Origin: Phycisphaerae bacterium
Lineage (GTDB): Bacteria > Planctomycetota > Phycisphaerae > Sedimentisphaerales > UBA12454
NCBI GenBank assembly: GCA_041661665.1
Contig: JBAZTW010000004.1
Span: 5,121 to 69,120 of the forward strand
Direction of reading: 5' to 3'
Length of the DNA stretch: 64,000 nt
Under the pieces are notes generated by a model. The model worked only from the letters and a program-made list of their open reading frames with translations. It did no database searches and was not told the DNA's origin. This document shows positions 1 through 10,146 of the stretch, one piece after another (within the stretch, counting starts at the first letter, position 1; every line of letters starts with the position of its first letter). The position numbers and the translations under genes are program-made.

Positions 1-1
1 C

Positions 2-634
2 CGGCAGCTCGAAAAATTATTCGGCTCTGAAAAATCGAAGGCTGAAAAAGCCATAACACCAAAAAAACAAACGCTGGGCTATCATCATCACGCTCACGAT
101 GGTTCGCAGGTGCATATAGGCATAATGACTCCGACTGTGCCGGCTCAAAGCAGCGACTATTATAATGCCAGAATCGCCGTTGCTGTGCTTTCAGGCGGAA
201 TGAGTTCGAGACTGTTCACCGAAGTAAGGGAAAAACGAGGCCTGTGTTATGCCGTCGGCGCAAAATACAGCAGTCTCAAAGAAATGGCGGGCATTAGCTG
301 CTATTCCGGAACAACACCCGACAAGGCACAGGAAACTTACGACGTGATAATCGCTGAAATGAAAAAACTGGGCAAAGACATCAGCGAAGACGAAATGAAA
401 AGAGCGAAAATCGGCCTCGAAAGCGGCCTGATTATGCAGAGCGAATCGACAATGGCCAGAGCAATGGCAGCCGCAACGGACTTTTATATGCTCGGAAAAG
501 TAAGAAGCCTTGACGAGATTAAACAGCAGATAGAAAAAACCTCCGTAAAAAGCGTACTTGAATTTTTAAATAAAAATCCGTTTGAAAAATTCTGCACAAC
601 AACAATTGGCCCAACAAAAATTAAACCGGTATAA
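2..634 (+). CDS. M16 family peptidase, C-terminal part (likely non-catalytic subunit); 5'-truncated by window edge
   Basis: Frame open from base 2; 'GGMSSRLFTEVREKRGLCY' is a typical M16 C-terminal motif. Confidence 0.85.
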   Translation, partial: RQLEKLFGSEKSKAEKAITPKKQTLGYHHHAHDGSQVHIGIMTPTVPAQSSDYYNARIAVAVLSGGMSSRLFTEVREKRGLCYAVGAKYSSLKEMAGISCYSGTTPDKAQETYDVIIAEMKKLGKDISEDEMKRAKIGLESGLIMQSESTMARAMAAATDFYMLGKVRSLDEIKQQIEKTSVKSVLEFLNKNPFEKFCTTTIGPTKIKPV

Positions 635-635
635 A

Positions 636-1853
636 ATGCAATTCAAACATAAAAAATTAAATAACGGCCTGAACATCATCGGCGAAGTGAACAAAGACGC
701 TCAATCGGCGGCGGTCGGATTTTTCGTCAGAACCGGCGCAAGGGATGAGACTGACCAAATCAGCGGCGTAAGCCATTACCTCGAACATATGCTGTTTAAA
801 GGCACAGAAAAACTGTCCGCCTTGGATGTAAATCTCTGCTTTGATAATCTCGGCGCACAATATAACGCGTTCACGAGCGAAGAGAACACAGTTTTTTACG
901 CAGTGACTTTGCCGGGGCAGCTTGCCGAAGTTACGAACCTGTGGTGCGATTTGCTTCGGCCAAGCCTCAGAGATGACGATTTCAATATGGAAAAGAACGT
1001 CATTCTCGAAGAAATCGCAATGTATAAAGACCTGCCGCAATTTGATGTTATGGACAGGTGCAGGGCATTACATTTCGATAAACATCCCTGCGGAAAAAGC
1101 GTGCTCGGCTCGGAAGAAAGCATCAAAGCTCTGACCAGCGGACAGATGCGGGAATATTTCGCTCGCAGATACGCGCCGAATAACATCACAGCGGTTATCG
1201 CGGGTAATTTTGACTTTGAAAAAATCTGCGGCTGTATCGAAGTTGGCTGCGGCAAATGGCAGCCGAAGCAGGCCGACAGAATTACCGAATATTTCGCAGG
1301 CACATCAAAAAAAGATTCTCTTAAACGAAACAGTCTTAATCGTCAGCACATCTGCCTGGCAAGTCCGACAGTTTCATACCAGGACAAACGATGCTACACC
1401 GCGATGCTGCTTGCCAAAATCATCGGCGACGACTCCGGCTCAAGATTTTTCTGGGAGCTTGTCGATACTGCAATCGCAGAAACCGCCGCGATGCAGTGCG
1501 AAGCAATGGACAAGATTGGCGCATATTACAGCTATATCCAGACCTCGTCTGAAAATGGCGAAAAGGTAATGGAAATTGTCGAGCGGATTTTCAAATCGCT
1601 GCAAAAGGACAAAATTTCAGATTCCGAACTGCAAACAGCCAAAAATAAAGTGCTGTCAGCAATTACCATCAAAAATGAAGTTCCGATGGGTCGATTGGTC
1701 GAATTGGGCTTCAACTGGGTCTATCTCGGCAAATATCAGCCGATTGAGGATGAAATTAGGCGAATAAAAGATGTTACAATTGCTGATTTATACGCCCTGC
1801 TGGAAGAGTTTCCGCTTGTACCATATACTCAGTTTTCGCTCTGCCCAAAATAG
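636..1853 (+). CDS. M16B (pitrilysin/insulinase-family) zinc peptidase
   Basis: Inverted zinc motif HXXEH (HYLEH), 'NAFTSEE'; ATG at 636 just after the upstream stop. Confidence 0.9.
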   Translation: MQFKHKKLNNGLNIIGEVNKDAQSAAVGFFVRTGARDETDQISGVSHYLEHMLFKGTEKLSALDVNLCFDNLGAQYNAFTSEENTVFYAVTLPGQLAEVTNLWCDLLRPSLRDDDFNMEKNVILEEIAMYKDLPQFDVMDRCRALHFDKHPCGKSVLGSEESIKALTSGQMREYFARRYAPNNITAVIAGNFDFEKICGCIEVGCGKWQPKQADRITEYFAGTSKKDSLKRNSLNRQHICLASPTVSYQDKRCYTAMLLAKIIGDDSGSRFFWELVDTAIAETAAMQCEAMDKIGAYYSYIQTSSENGEKVMEIVERIFKSLQKDKISDSELQTAKNKVLSAITIKNEVPMGRLVELGFNWVYLGKYQPIEDEIRRIKDVTIADLYALLEEFPLVPYTQFSLCPK

Positions 1854-1894
1854 TTTTGAGTTTAGGGTTGCCTGCGGCAAAATTATTCTTATGA

Positions 1895-1945
1895 GAATCT
1901 CATCGCCGAAGGCGATTCCATAAATCTTCAATTTTCAATCTTAAA
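1895..1945 (+). repeat. Hairpin+ATTCCA+heptamer-arm repeat (family A), empty copy
   Basis: tcatcgccgaaggcgattccataaatcttcaattttcaat; near-identical to 44641-44727 minus its insert. Confidence 0.75.
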
Positions 1946-1963
1946 TTACCCGTGATACCAATC

Positions 1964-2190
1964 TTAGTTTAATTTTTCCGTATATATCCATAAAGTTTTG
2001 CATATAGATTTGATTAAATCCGCATCATCCCTGATTTGCCGTCATGCATGGCAGAGTGTCTGATATATCGCATTATGGTCAGGGTATAGTATATACGGTT
2101 GCTCATGTAATGGCTTTTCAGATACAGCCATATCAATTCTGATGGATTCAACTCCGGCGAATAAGCAGGCAGCGGTTGAATGGTAAGCCT
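1964..2190 (-). pseudogene. IS630-family transposase C-terminal remnant
   Basis: Minus strand reads RLTIQPLPAYSPELNPSELIWLYLKSHYMSNRIY, then a frameshift to YPDHNAIYQTLCHA*RQIRDDADLIKSICKTLW; LPxYSPELNP..W..LK is the IS630 DDE signature. Confidence 0.8.
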
Positions 2191-2341
2191 TTTTCAATAT
2201 TTCCACAACCTTTGGGACGATAACAAAATTCCTTAAAAAGTTAATATTTTAGGGAGCCTCTATATATTAAAACTGGCAGCCTGCCCACATTGACAGAGCT
2301 CGCTGTGTCAAATGGCTAAAGTGTTACAGAAAACATTTTGC

Positions 2342-3937
2342 TTACCAGAACCACCAATACAAGAAAACCCAAATCACGGCATAAAGAGAAAACCATATAA
2401 TAAGGTTGGCATACCATGGGCGTTTGATTCCATCATCATAGCTTGCCAGCAGGGATGGCCGCCACCAGAATGGCTGCCATTTGCTTTCTTCGGGAGGCGC
2501 GGTATTCAAAGCAATAATCACCATACCAGTCATAATCAACACTTCAGCAATAAATGCAAGATATAACCAGTGAAGATGCCATCCAAACATATTATCCGCA
2601 AACACAATAAGCAGCTGTATCACGATACCGCCAATCAGACCAAACAGCGCGCTGGCATAGTTGGCCCTTTTCCACAGAATTCCCAAAATGATAACAGAAA
2701 TTATCGGCGTGGACAGATAAGTAACCCCTCGCTGGAAATACATGAAAATGCCGCCAAATTGCGAAACAACCGGCGCAAGTATGCCTGCAATCGCAAGGGC
2801 AAGAAACGAAACCATGCGACCGGTCCACACCATCTGTTTATCAGTAGCATCTTTTTTAATTCTTTTATAGATGTCCAGCGAAAATATCGTAGCGGTTGAA
2901 TTCGCCAAGGCGCTTGTGGCAGACATTACTGCCGCCAAAAAACCGGCCAAGATGATACCCTTCAAGCCCCATGTTCCCGCAAATGTCTTGAGGGCGAATG
3001 GAAATGTCGTATCGGGATTCGCCAAAGGCTCGGCCATTTTCATAACATGGATGTAATGGTACACGATAAGGCCGAGAAAACACGTTACCAGCGGACGAAA
3101 CAAATTGATAAAACCGGCAAAAATAATACCCATGATGCCGTCCCATCGTGAGCGGGCGGCAAGCACACGCTGAATCATCACCTGGTTCGTGGCCTGATAA
3201 AAAACAAATAACCCCAGTGTCCCTGTCAGTAATCCCAAAAACGGCGCGACCGGATCTCCGGGCGGATGATAGAGATGAAATCTTTCAGGATTTGCCGCCT
3301 GCATCGCACTCCATCCGCCTGGAATATTCTTTAATGCCAGGAAATAGAGCAATATGCCGCCGCCCAGCAGCATAACACATTGGACAGCGTCAGTGTACAT
3401 AACGGAAATCAGGCCTCCTTTGACCGTATAAAGCCCTATCAAAATAATTGTTGCCCATAGCACGATATAGAAATTCACTCCCGTCAGTTCTGAAAATGCC
3501 AGACTTCCGCCGTATAGAATCGAAACCATAAAGATAAAAACATACGCGAAAAGCATCGTCCAACTGTAAATATCGCCGCACAACTGGCCATACCGTCGCG
3601 TCAGAAGTTCAGGAACGGTTGCTATGCGATTTTTCAAATAGATTGGAATAAAAAATAGGATTAACAATGTATAAGGCGGCAATGCCCACCATTCCCAGTT
3701 CGCTATGCCCATTCCATTCTTGTAGGCCGCCCCGACCGTTCCAACAATCTGCTCGCTGGAAACACTTGTTGAAACAAATGCGGCTCCGATAATCCACCAC
3801 CTCAGTTTGCCCGAAGCGAGAAAGTATCCTCGCGCGGTTTTGTCTTGTCTATGAGTTGCTAATAATCCAACAGCAACTACGATGAGTACTGAGCCGACGA
3901 TTATCAGCGTATCGATAAACGATAGTTCAAAATGCAT
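2342..3937 (-). CDS. Sodium:solute symporter (SSS/SLC5 family)
   Basis: About 13 hydrophobic segments; 'YFLASGKLRWW', 'NQVMIQRVLAARS', 'GFLAAVMS' motifs. Confidence 0.92.
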   Translation of the reverse strand: MHFELSFIDTLIIVGSVLIVVAVGLLATHRQDKTARGYFLASGKLRWWIIGAAFVSTSVSSEQIVGTVGAAYKNGMGIANWEWWALPPYTLLILFFIPIYLKNRIATVPELLTRRYGQLCGDIYSWTMLFAYVFIFMVSILYGGSLAFSELTGVNFYIVLWATIILIGLYTVKGGLISVMYTDAVQCVMLLGGGILLYFLALKNIPGGWSAMQAANPERFHLYHPPGDPVAPFLGLLTGTLGLFVFYQATNQVMIQRVLAARSRWDGIMGIIFAGFINLFRPLVTCFLGLIVYHYIHVMKMAEPLANPDTTFPFALKTFAGTWGLKGIILAGFLAAVMSATSALANSTATIFSLDIYKRIKKDATDKQMVWTGRMVSFLALAIAGILAPVVSQFGGIFMYFQRGVTYLSTPIISVIILGILWKRANYASALFGLIGGIVIQLLIVFADNMFGWHLHWLYLAFIAEVLIMTGMVIIALNTAPPEESKWQPFWWRPSLLASYDDGIKRPWYANLIIWFSLYAVIWVFLYWWFW

Positions 3938-4014
3938 TATTGTTATCTCCTTAAAATATAAAATCCAAATTTATTTTGTGACGTTTTCAACAAATCCATA
4001 TTGCAGGACAACTA

Positions 4015-4857
4015 TCATTGGCTTGGATGACATTGGAAATTGCCTTTGTTTGCTTTGTCTATTACAAATTCAAGTATCTGTCTGGTATCATTATAACTCG
4101 TATCGTGTCCCATTTCCGGCCTATTTACCAAACATACCTCTTTACCCAGTTTTTGCAAAACACCTGCCAAACGCACAGCGCTATCGGGGGGCACTATCGT
4201 ATCTTTTCCGCCTACGCTTATCCCAACGGGGAAATTAAATTTTTCCGGCCAATACTCGGCGCTGCGTTTCTTGTATTCGCCGGGAATATCCTTTTTCGTT
4301 CCGCCAAAAGACTGGGCAATCGCATCCTGAAAACCCTCATATTCCAAATGGTTTGCCATAGGGTTCATTGCCGCAACACCGGCAATCATATCAGGGTGCA
4401 ATACCGCAAAGGTCAGGGCGGACGAACCTCCCATCGAACCGCCGCACAGAAAAACCCTATCTATCTTATAATGCGCCTTGAACTCCTTAATTATTTGCAC
4501 AACATCCGCCTCTGCGGCAGGACCCATCCATGATGTCTTCGCCCTGTAATCGGGCGCCGCAAATATCATGTTTCTGTCCCCTGCAACATCTCTTGGAGCC
4601 ACGCATTGCGGTCTATTCGCTTCGGCAAATTGCAATCTGTCCGAGCCATGCCCATGCAGTGCAATCAGCAGGTCGTGATTCGTACAGTTATTGAAATCCT
4701 CTGGTAATCGCAAAATATATCGCTGCATAGTCTGGTCATAGTCAGACTTAAACTCAATGTCCTCGCTTTTTCCCAGGCCCTTGCCCATAGCAGGAGAAAA
4801 CGCACACACACTGAATAGCACTATAACCGCTATTATTTTTAAATTATTCATAAACAA
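4015..4857 (-). CDS. Secreted alpha/beta-hydrolase (esterase/prolyl-oligopeptidase-like)
   Basis: Signal peptide; LHGHG oxyanion motif; GGSMGG nucleophile; GGKD..V and MGH complete the triad. Confidence 0.85.
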   Translation of the reverse strand: MFMNNLKIIAVIVLFSVCAFSPAMGKGLGKSEDIEFKSDYDQTMQRYILRLPEDFNNCTNHDLLIALHGHGSDRLQFAEANRPQCVAPRDVAGDRNMIFAAPDYRAKTSWMGPAAEADVVQIIKEFKAHYKIDRVFLCGGSMGGSSALTFAVLHPDMIAGVAAMNPMANHLEYEGFQDAIAQSFGGTKKDIPGEYKKRSAEYWPEKFNFPVGISVGGKDTIVPPDSAVRLAGVLQKLGKEVCLVNRPEMGHDTSYNDTRQILEFVIDKANKGNFQCHPSQ

Positions 4858-4918
4858 CTCGCATTTTTTCTAACGAAGATGTTATTCTTACACATAAACC
4901 AAATCGCCTAATTCTGCT

Positions 4919-6118
4919 TTAAAGATGTTCGACTGCGGATGCCTCTGCAGCAGCTCCACAGGTATTTACAAGAATTTCTTTTAATTTAGGTTCAAGCCCT
5001 TCGGCTATCATATAAAATCCCCTATCTGTCAAATGCGTTCCATCAACAGACGGATGATCGCCGCCGACGGGGATAATTTCACCGCTGTCAAAGAGAAATA
5101 CTTTTTTATCGCCCTCAGCCCTGAGCTTATTATATGTATCAAAGACGGGCTCATTGTGACGCTTATATTCGGCCGCCTGCTCAGGCAGGAGTTCTCCTGA
5201 ATAGTGAATCTGCGTCATTAAAAGCACCGGCGTCTGGGGCCTGTTTTTGCGTAATATTCTGACAAATTTTTCATATCTTTCATTCATCAGGTTTATATTC
5301 ATATTTGCAACACTGTCAACAACATAAACTGAAGCATCTATTTGACTGATAATCTGTGCCATTGCAAGCTCACCTAAGCCGCCGGCTGAAAAACCGAGAT
5401 TAACAACGTCACAATTAAGTTTTCGCTCAATCACCGAAACAAAACCATTGGAGCCTCTGGAAGCACAACCGCCTTGCGTTATTGAAGTGCCATAAAAAAC
5501 AATCGGTTTTTTGATTTTATATTCGGTCGGCTTTAAGATTTTGGCATCGGAATCTATGCCTATTTGCAGCTCGGCCAGTTCCGCGTAGCAGGGAAGATAT
5601 AAAGTGAACTCCCTCATCATAGAAGGCAGTTTTTCAAAATAGAGGTATTCGTATTCCTTATTAGGGTCTTGCGGTTTGACTGTCTTCCAATAAGACATCT
5701 GTCCAGGAGAACCGATGTACAAATCTATTCCGCTAACAGCAACCGAGCTCATATGGTACATCGAAACTCCGTTAACAGCGCTCACCTCATACATCGGCAT
5801 ACTGCCTGTCCCAATCATACCATGGTGAATTTTCAATCTTAACGACGTTGAATCGGTCTTAAATCTTATTCTTGCCGAAGACGGACATAAACTCATTAAC
5901 CATGCCGTTTCATTCACATTTTTCTTTTCCGATAAAGGCAGCCTGATAAACTTATGGCCGTTTTGCTCAAACCACGCCAAACCATAAACAACCATATTTA
6001 CATCCTTACACGGATTAAGCCAAACTATATTGCTTTGAGCGTTCACCACAGAAACTAATAAACTAACAATAAAAATGTATTTTAACTTATGCATTCTAAT
6101 CCTTTTATTCGCAGTCAT
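4919..6118 (-). CDS. SGNH/GDSL hydrolase with N-terminal GxDLY domain
   Basis: 'SGIDLY', 'FYGTSITQG', 'NLGFSA', 'DGTHLTDRG'; signal peptide (start may be 6094). Confidence 0.85.
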   Translation of the reverse strand: MTANKRIRMHKLKYIFIVSLLVSVVNAQSNIVWLNPCKDVNMVVYGLAWFEQNGHKFIRLPLSEKKNVNETAWLMSLCPSSARIRFKTDSTSLRLKIHHGMIGTGSMPMYEVSAVNGVSMYHMSSVAVSGIDLYIGSPGQMSYWKTVKPQDPNKEYEYLYFEKLPSMMREFTLYLPCYAELAELQIGIDSDAKILKPTEYKIKKPIVFYGTSITQGGCASRGSNGFVSVIERKLNCDVVNLGFSAGGLGELAMAQIISQIDASVYVVDSVANMNINLMNERYEKFVRILRKNRPQTPVLLMTQIHYSGELLPEQAAEYKRHNEPVFDTYNKLRAEGDKKVFLFDSGEIIPVGGDHPSVDGTHLTDRGFYMIAEGLEPKLKEILVNTCGAAAEASAVEHL

Positions 6119-6220
6119 CCATAGGCGCTCTTATTGAAATCCACTGGTAATCACAAAATATATCGCTGCATAATTTGGCCATAGTCAGACCTGAATTCAA
6201 CATCCTTATTTTTTCCTATC
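6117..6220 (-). pseudogene. Decayed fragment of a paralog of the 4015-4857 hydrolase N-terminus
   Basis: Reads IGKNKDVEFRSDYGQIMQRYIL*LPVDFN vs LGKSEDIEFKSDYDQTMQRYILRLPEDFN; CGA>TGA nonsense change. Confidence 0.8.
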
Positions 6221-7112
6221 AACTACTGCTGCCATTATGCGTATTATGCAATGCCATATTGTCTAAAAACTTCCGGCTATACACCTCATTCTTAAGACAC
6301 CAGCATTCGATGTGTACTTTTTCATCGCCAGGATAAATCGTCTGCATCATTCCCAGCGTTTCTAATTCCACAAAGTCGCGACAGGTATAAACTTCAACAT
6401 TACAGCCGCTATCAGGATAAAGGCTTTCCGACGCTGCGGAATCATAGTACTTAAGGAATGTACTGTCTTTCAGAGACAGCGCCATCCATCCTCTATCGCT
6501 GTACACCCCAATTTTACTTTTTTCGCCATTTGGTTCAACGATTACCGCATCTCGTGTCATATGCCAAAGTGAACTTTTAACACAACGCTCAAAATCGCCG
6601 ATACTTGCCCAATGGCATATTTTATTAATGCGCCACTGATCAGTCCCTAACCCCCACGGAACAATAACCGACCCCTCGGGACGCACCGCTGTAAGCCCCC
6701 ATGCGGCCCCCTGCCACAAGACATCGCCGACATTCCGCAATATATGGCGTAATTCAAACCCGCCGCATCGTGCACATGGCCGAATCTCCAGAATTCGCTG
6801 TATTTTATGGCGTCCGACCGGACAGCTTATCCGCAGCGACTGCTCGCCGCGTATTACTTCGCATGGCGTATTATCTGCCTCGTAGGTATCGGTAGTTTCA
6901 GGAGAAACAGTGAAACGATGACCACCATAAAGTTTAAAATCACCAGATGCCCAACCGGTAGTATCTTCAAATAAAATGTTGCTGCCGTCGGCACGTCGAA
7001 AACAGAGTATGCGAGGCCCAATTTCCGTAACCACAATCAATTCAACTGAATTGTACATACAACGATATGCTGTATTCCAATCGCGATATTTTATTTTTTC
7101 AATCTGCATCAT
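6219..7112 (-). CDS. DUF4380-like / galactose-mutarotase-fold protein
   Basis: 'IGPRIL', 'YGGHRF..SPE', 'YPDSGCNVEVY..FVELETLG' motifs. Confidence 0.6.
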   Translation of the reverse strand: MMQIEKIKYRDWNTAYRCMYNSVELIVVTEIGPRILCFRRADGSNILFEDTTGWASGDFKLYGGHRFTVSPETTDTYEADNTPCEVIRGEQSLRISCPVGRHKIQRILEIRPCARCGGFELRHILRNVGDVLWQGAAWGLTAVRPEGSVIVPWGLGTDQWRINKICHWASIGDFERCVKSSLWHMTRDAVIVEPNGEKSKIGVYSDRGWMALSLKDSTFLKYYDSAASESLYPDSGCNVEVYTCRDFVELETLGMMQTIYPGDEKVHIECWCLKNEVYSRKFLDNMALHNTHNGSSS

Positions 7113-7120
7113 TGTACCGA

Positions 7121-8269
7121 CTATGCTTCAATAGAAACCCAGTTTCCACGTTTTGCGCTTTGAATGACAGCTTCCACCACTACATCCGCGATATGGCCAT
7201 CTGCAAAGGTTGCAAAATCTATTTCTTTAGATTCTCCGGCAATATATCTATATACATTCCGGCAGAAATTTTTTACTGCGCTTGGATAGCCTTCATTATG
7301 ACCTGCCGGGTAATGAGCATAATCTCTTATGCCTTTATCCATCAACACGGCATCTTTCATCTGAAGCTGGTTAGGCTGATTTCTCTGCCCTATCATCAGT
7401 TCGTTAGGCCTTTCGTGGTCCCACCAGACGCTTTTCTCTGTACCGTTAAGCTCAAATACAATATGATTTTTTCTACCTGCCGAAACGTGCGTAATACAGG
7501 TCATACCTTTTGAACCATCATCAAATTGCAGCAGAACGTGGCCGTAATCTTCGGTATTTATTTTTACTTTTTCATAATCGTCCGGTTTTAACTCTTTGCC
7601 GGAGAATGTTTCTATTTGACCTTTTGGTTTTTTACGGTATTCGTGAAGCGTCAGTAAATCTGCAAATACTTTTACGATTTTCTTTCCCGTTACAAACTGA
7701 ATCAAATCAAACCAATGTGAACCGATGTCGCCCATCACCCTGCTGTCGCCGGCCATTTTGGGGTCTAATCGCCAACTCCAGTCTGTATCATACAGCAGCC
7801 AGTCCTGCATATAACAGCCCTGCACGGCGAACACCCTGCCAAGCTGACCGTTCTTAACCATCATTCTCGCCTGCTGAACAAGCGGATAATAACGATAGTT
7901 AAAATTAACCGCGTTGACTAAGCCTTTTTCTTTTGCAAGTTTTACAAGCTCTGCGGATTCTTTGCTATTCATTCCGAGCGGCTTTTCACTGATGCAGTGC
8001 TTACCGGAATTGAGGATGTCTTTATTAACCTGCAGATGCATAAAATTAGGCGTGCAGTTATGAATTACATCAATGCTTTTATCTTTAAGCATTTCTTTGT
8101 AATTGCCATAAGCCGTTGGGACACACAATTGGCCGGCCTTTTTTTCTGCTAATTCCTGATTAGCCTCTGCAACAGCGGCAACTTCAACGTTGCCAAGTCT
8201 TCGCAACGCCTCTATATGTGCCGGTCCGATATAGCCTGTACCAATGATACCAGCTTTGAACTTTTTCAT
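7121..8269 (-). CDS. Gfo/Idh/MocA family NAD-dependent oxidoreductase
   Basis: GIIGTGYIG Rossmann motif, 'SEKPL', 'GDIGSHW'. Confidence 0.92.
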   Translation of the reverse strand: MKKFKAGIIGTGYIGPAHIEALRRLGNVEVAAVAEANQELAEKKAGQLCVPTAYGNYKEMLKDKSIDVIHNCTPNFMHLQVNKDILNSGKHCISEKPLGMNSKESAELVKLAKEKGLVNAVNFNYRYYPLVQQARMMVKNGQLGRVFAVQGCYMQDWLLYDTDWSWRLDPKMAGDSRVMGDIGSHWFDLIQFVTGKKIVKVFADLLTLHEYRKKPKGQIETFSGKELKPDDYEKVKINTEDYGHVLLQFDDGSKGMTCITHVSAGRKNHIVFELNGTEKSVWWDHERPNELMIGQRNQPNQLQMKDAVLMDKGIRDYAHYPAGHNEGYPSAVKNFCRNVYRYIAGESKEIDFATFADGHIADVVVEAVIQSAKRGNWVSIEA

Positions 8270-8273
8270 AGCT

Positions 8274-9305
8274 CTATCCCAACAGATGATTCATTATCAA
8301 AAGGTCGAGTTCTTCATAATCTCGCTGAGCGGTAAGATTTGCGACTTTCGCATCGCTAAGACTTCTTGAGAGCTTCAGCAATCTGAGGAATATTGCTCTG
8401 CTGCTGGTCAAATGCTTTGCCGCCACATTGTCTTTTTGAGTTCTCATAGCCTTTACATCCAGACCGACCCACTGACCGTCTTTGCCGTAATCGTGCTTAT
8501 CGAGAATTCTAACCTGATTGAACGCTCTCCGCAAGTCAACCGAACCGAAAGACTTATCCTGGTCAAATTTCAAACCATTCTGGTCATTAAGATGAACAGA
8601 CCACAGCTTCTTATGAGCAAGTGCATAGCCCATTTCATCCGATGGGTCAAGCCCCGCTAAAATCGCGTGAGCGGATTCAATTACACAGCCAATGCGTGAA
8701 GCGTCATGAGTCAGCATACCAAGACCAATCGCGTGTCCGATTGTCGGAATATATGTATGATCCATAGGCTCGTTGGGCTTGGCTTCAATCGCAATACGAA
8801 CATTAGGATTGTAATCAAGCATAGCATTTATTGCATCTACAAGTCTGTCAACGGCAACTTTACTGTCTTTGGATTCTCTAATATAGGTTCCCTCGCGAGC
8901 TAACCATAAAACAATCAGGTTAGTGCCGAGCGCATCAGCTATATCAATCGCCCTTTTGCTTCTTTCAACTGCGTATTTTCTGTTTTTGGGGTCATTGTTT
9001 GTATAACCGCCGTCAATTGTGCGGGCGTCTTCCCAAAGCCGCGGAGCGACAAACTCTGCAACCAGCCCTTCGTTTTTAAGCTGCTTTGAAAGAGCCGCAG
9101 CCTTTTTAATGATTTGTTCATTCGAAAGCTGATTCATATCCGGCACAGCATCATCATCGTGAAACTGCATACCGTCAAAGCCAAGCTTCTTATACATCTT
9201 CAGTTTTTTGCCAAATGCAACATCTTTTCTTACTGCCGGGCCAAATGGGTCTGCTCCCTGATGGATGTTCCAGGGTCCGAATGTAAATTTAAATTTTCCA
9301 GCCAT
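8274..9305 (-). CDS. Xylose isomerase family TIM-barrel enzyme
   Basis: 'DPFG', 'FHDDD', 'WLAREG', 'EAKPNEP', 'FDQD' metal-binding motifs of class I-like xylose isomerases. Confidence 0.8.
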   Translation of the reverse strand: MAGKFKFTFGPWNIHQGADPFGPAVRKDVAFGKKLKMYKKLGFDGMQFHDDDAVPDMNQLSNEQIIKKAAALSKQLKNEGLVAEFVAPRLWEDARTIDGGYTNNDPKNRKYAVERSKRAIDIADALGTNLIVLWLAREGTYIRESKDSKVAVDRLVDAINAMLDYNPNVRIAIEAKPNEPMDHTYIPTIGHAIGLGMLTHDASRIGCVIESAHAILAGLDPSDEMGYALAHKKLWSVHLNDQNGLKFDQDKSFGSVDLRRAFNQVRILDKHDYGKDGQWVGLDVKAMRTQKDNVAAKHLTSSRAIFLRLLKLSRSLSDAKVANLTAQRDYEELDLLIMNHLLG

Positions 9306-9317
9306 TTTTCAGTCTCC

Positions 9318-10130
9318 TTATCTCAGATATTTAAGCGTTTGTTTTAGTGATTTTGTATGGTCTAATTTCGGGAAATACTCCAGTCCGAAACATCCTTTAT
9401 AACCAAGTTCATCTAACTTCCTGATGATTGCAGGGTAGTTGACTTCTGTATCGAAAAGTTCTGCTCTGCCAGGAACGCCTGCCGAGTGAAAATGCCCGAT
9501 GATGTCTATATTCTTAGAGATAAAATCAATAATATTACCCTGCATAATCTGCATATGATAAACATCATAAAGAAGTTTCAGGTTTGGGCTGTTGATTTTG
9601 CGAACTATTTTTACTGCTTCTGCCATACCATCAATAAAATACCCTGCATGGTCAACCAGGCTATTGAGCGGCTCAAGCAGAAGAGTAACATTCGCCTTTT
9701 CTGCCAACTTTACCGCTTTGGTATAAGCCTTTGTCAGATTGGCAATCATTTTTTCCTTGGACATATTTTTCTGGGTCATACCTGAAAGTATGATGCCGTT
9801 TTTGCAGCCGATTGCATTTGCAAAGTCCAGCATTTTCTTAGTCTGCTCAAGATATTTCGCAAGGTCCTTATCATTGGTAGCATTCCCGCCAATTGAACCA
9901 TCCCATGCGCTAAATGCAAAATCATTGATTGTGATACCGTTATCTTTTGCGGCTTTCTTCAGAGATTTTGCGTCTTTTGCCTGCGAAAAATCCACACCCT
10001 TTCCATCAAAAGTACCTTCCGGGTGCCAGAACTCTACAGCTTTATAACCTATGGCGGCTATTTTTTCGATTCTTTTTTCAAAAGGCAGATTTGTAAAAAA
10101 ACATTCTGCGCATACGCTTAATTTAGCCAT
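9318..10130 (-). CDS. Hydroxypyruvate isomerase-like (Hyi) TIM-barrel protein
   Basis: 'LEPLN', 'LYDVYHMQIMQG', 'AGVPGR', 'GLEY'; ATG at 10130 with RBS. Confidence 0.85.
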   Translation of the reverse strand: MAKLSVCAECFFTNLPFEKRIEKIAAIGYKAVEFWHPEGTFDGKGVDFSQAKDAKSLKKAAKDNGITINDFAFSAWDGSIGGNATNDKDLAKYLEQTKKMLDFANAIGCKNGIILSGMTQKNMSKEKMIANLTKAYTKAVKLAEKANVTLLLEPLNSLVDHAGYFIDGMAEAVKIVRKINSPNLKLLYDVYHMQIMQGNIIDFISKNIDIIGHFHSAGVPGRAELFDTEVNYPAIIRKLDELGYKGCFGLEYFPKLDHTKSLKQTLKYLR

Positions 10131-10146
10131 TTTTATAAACTCCTTT

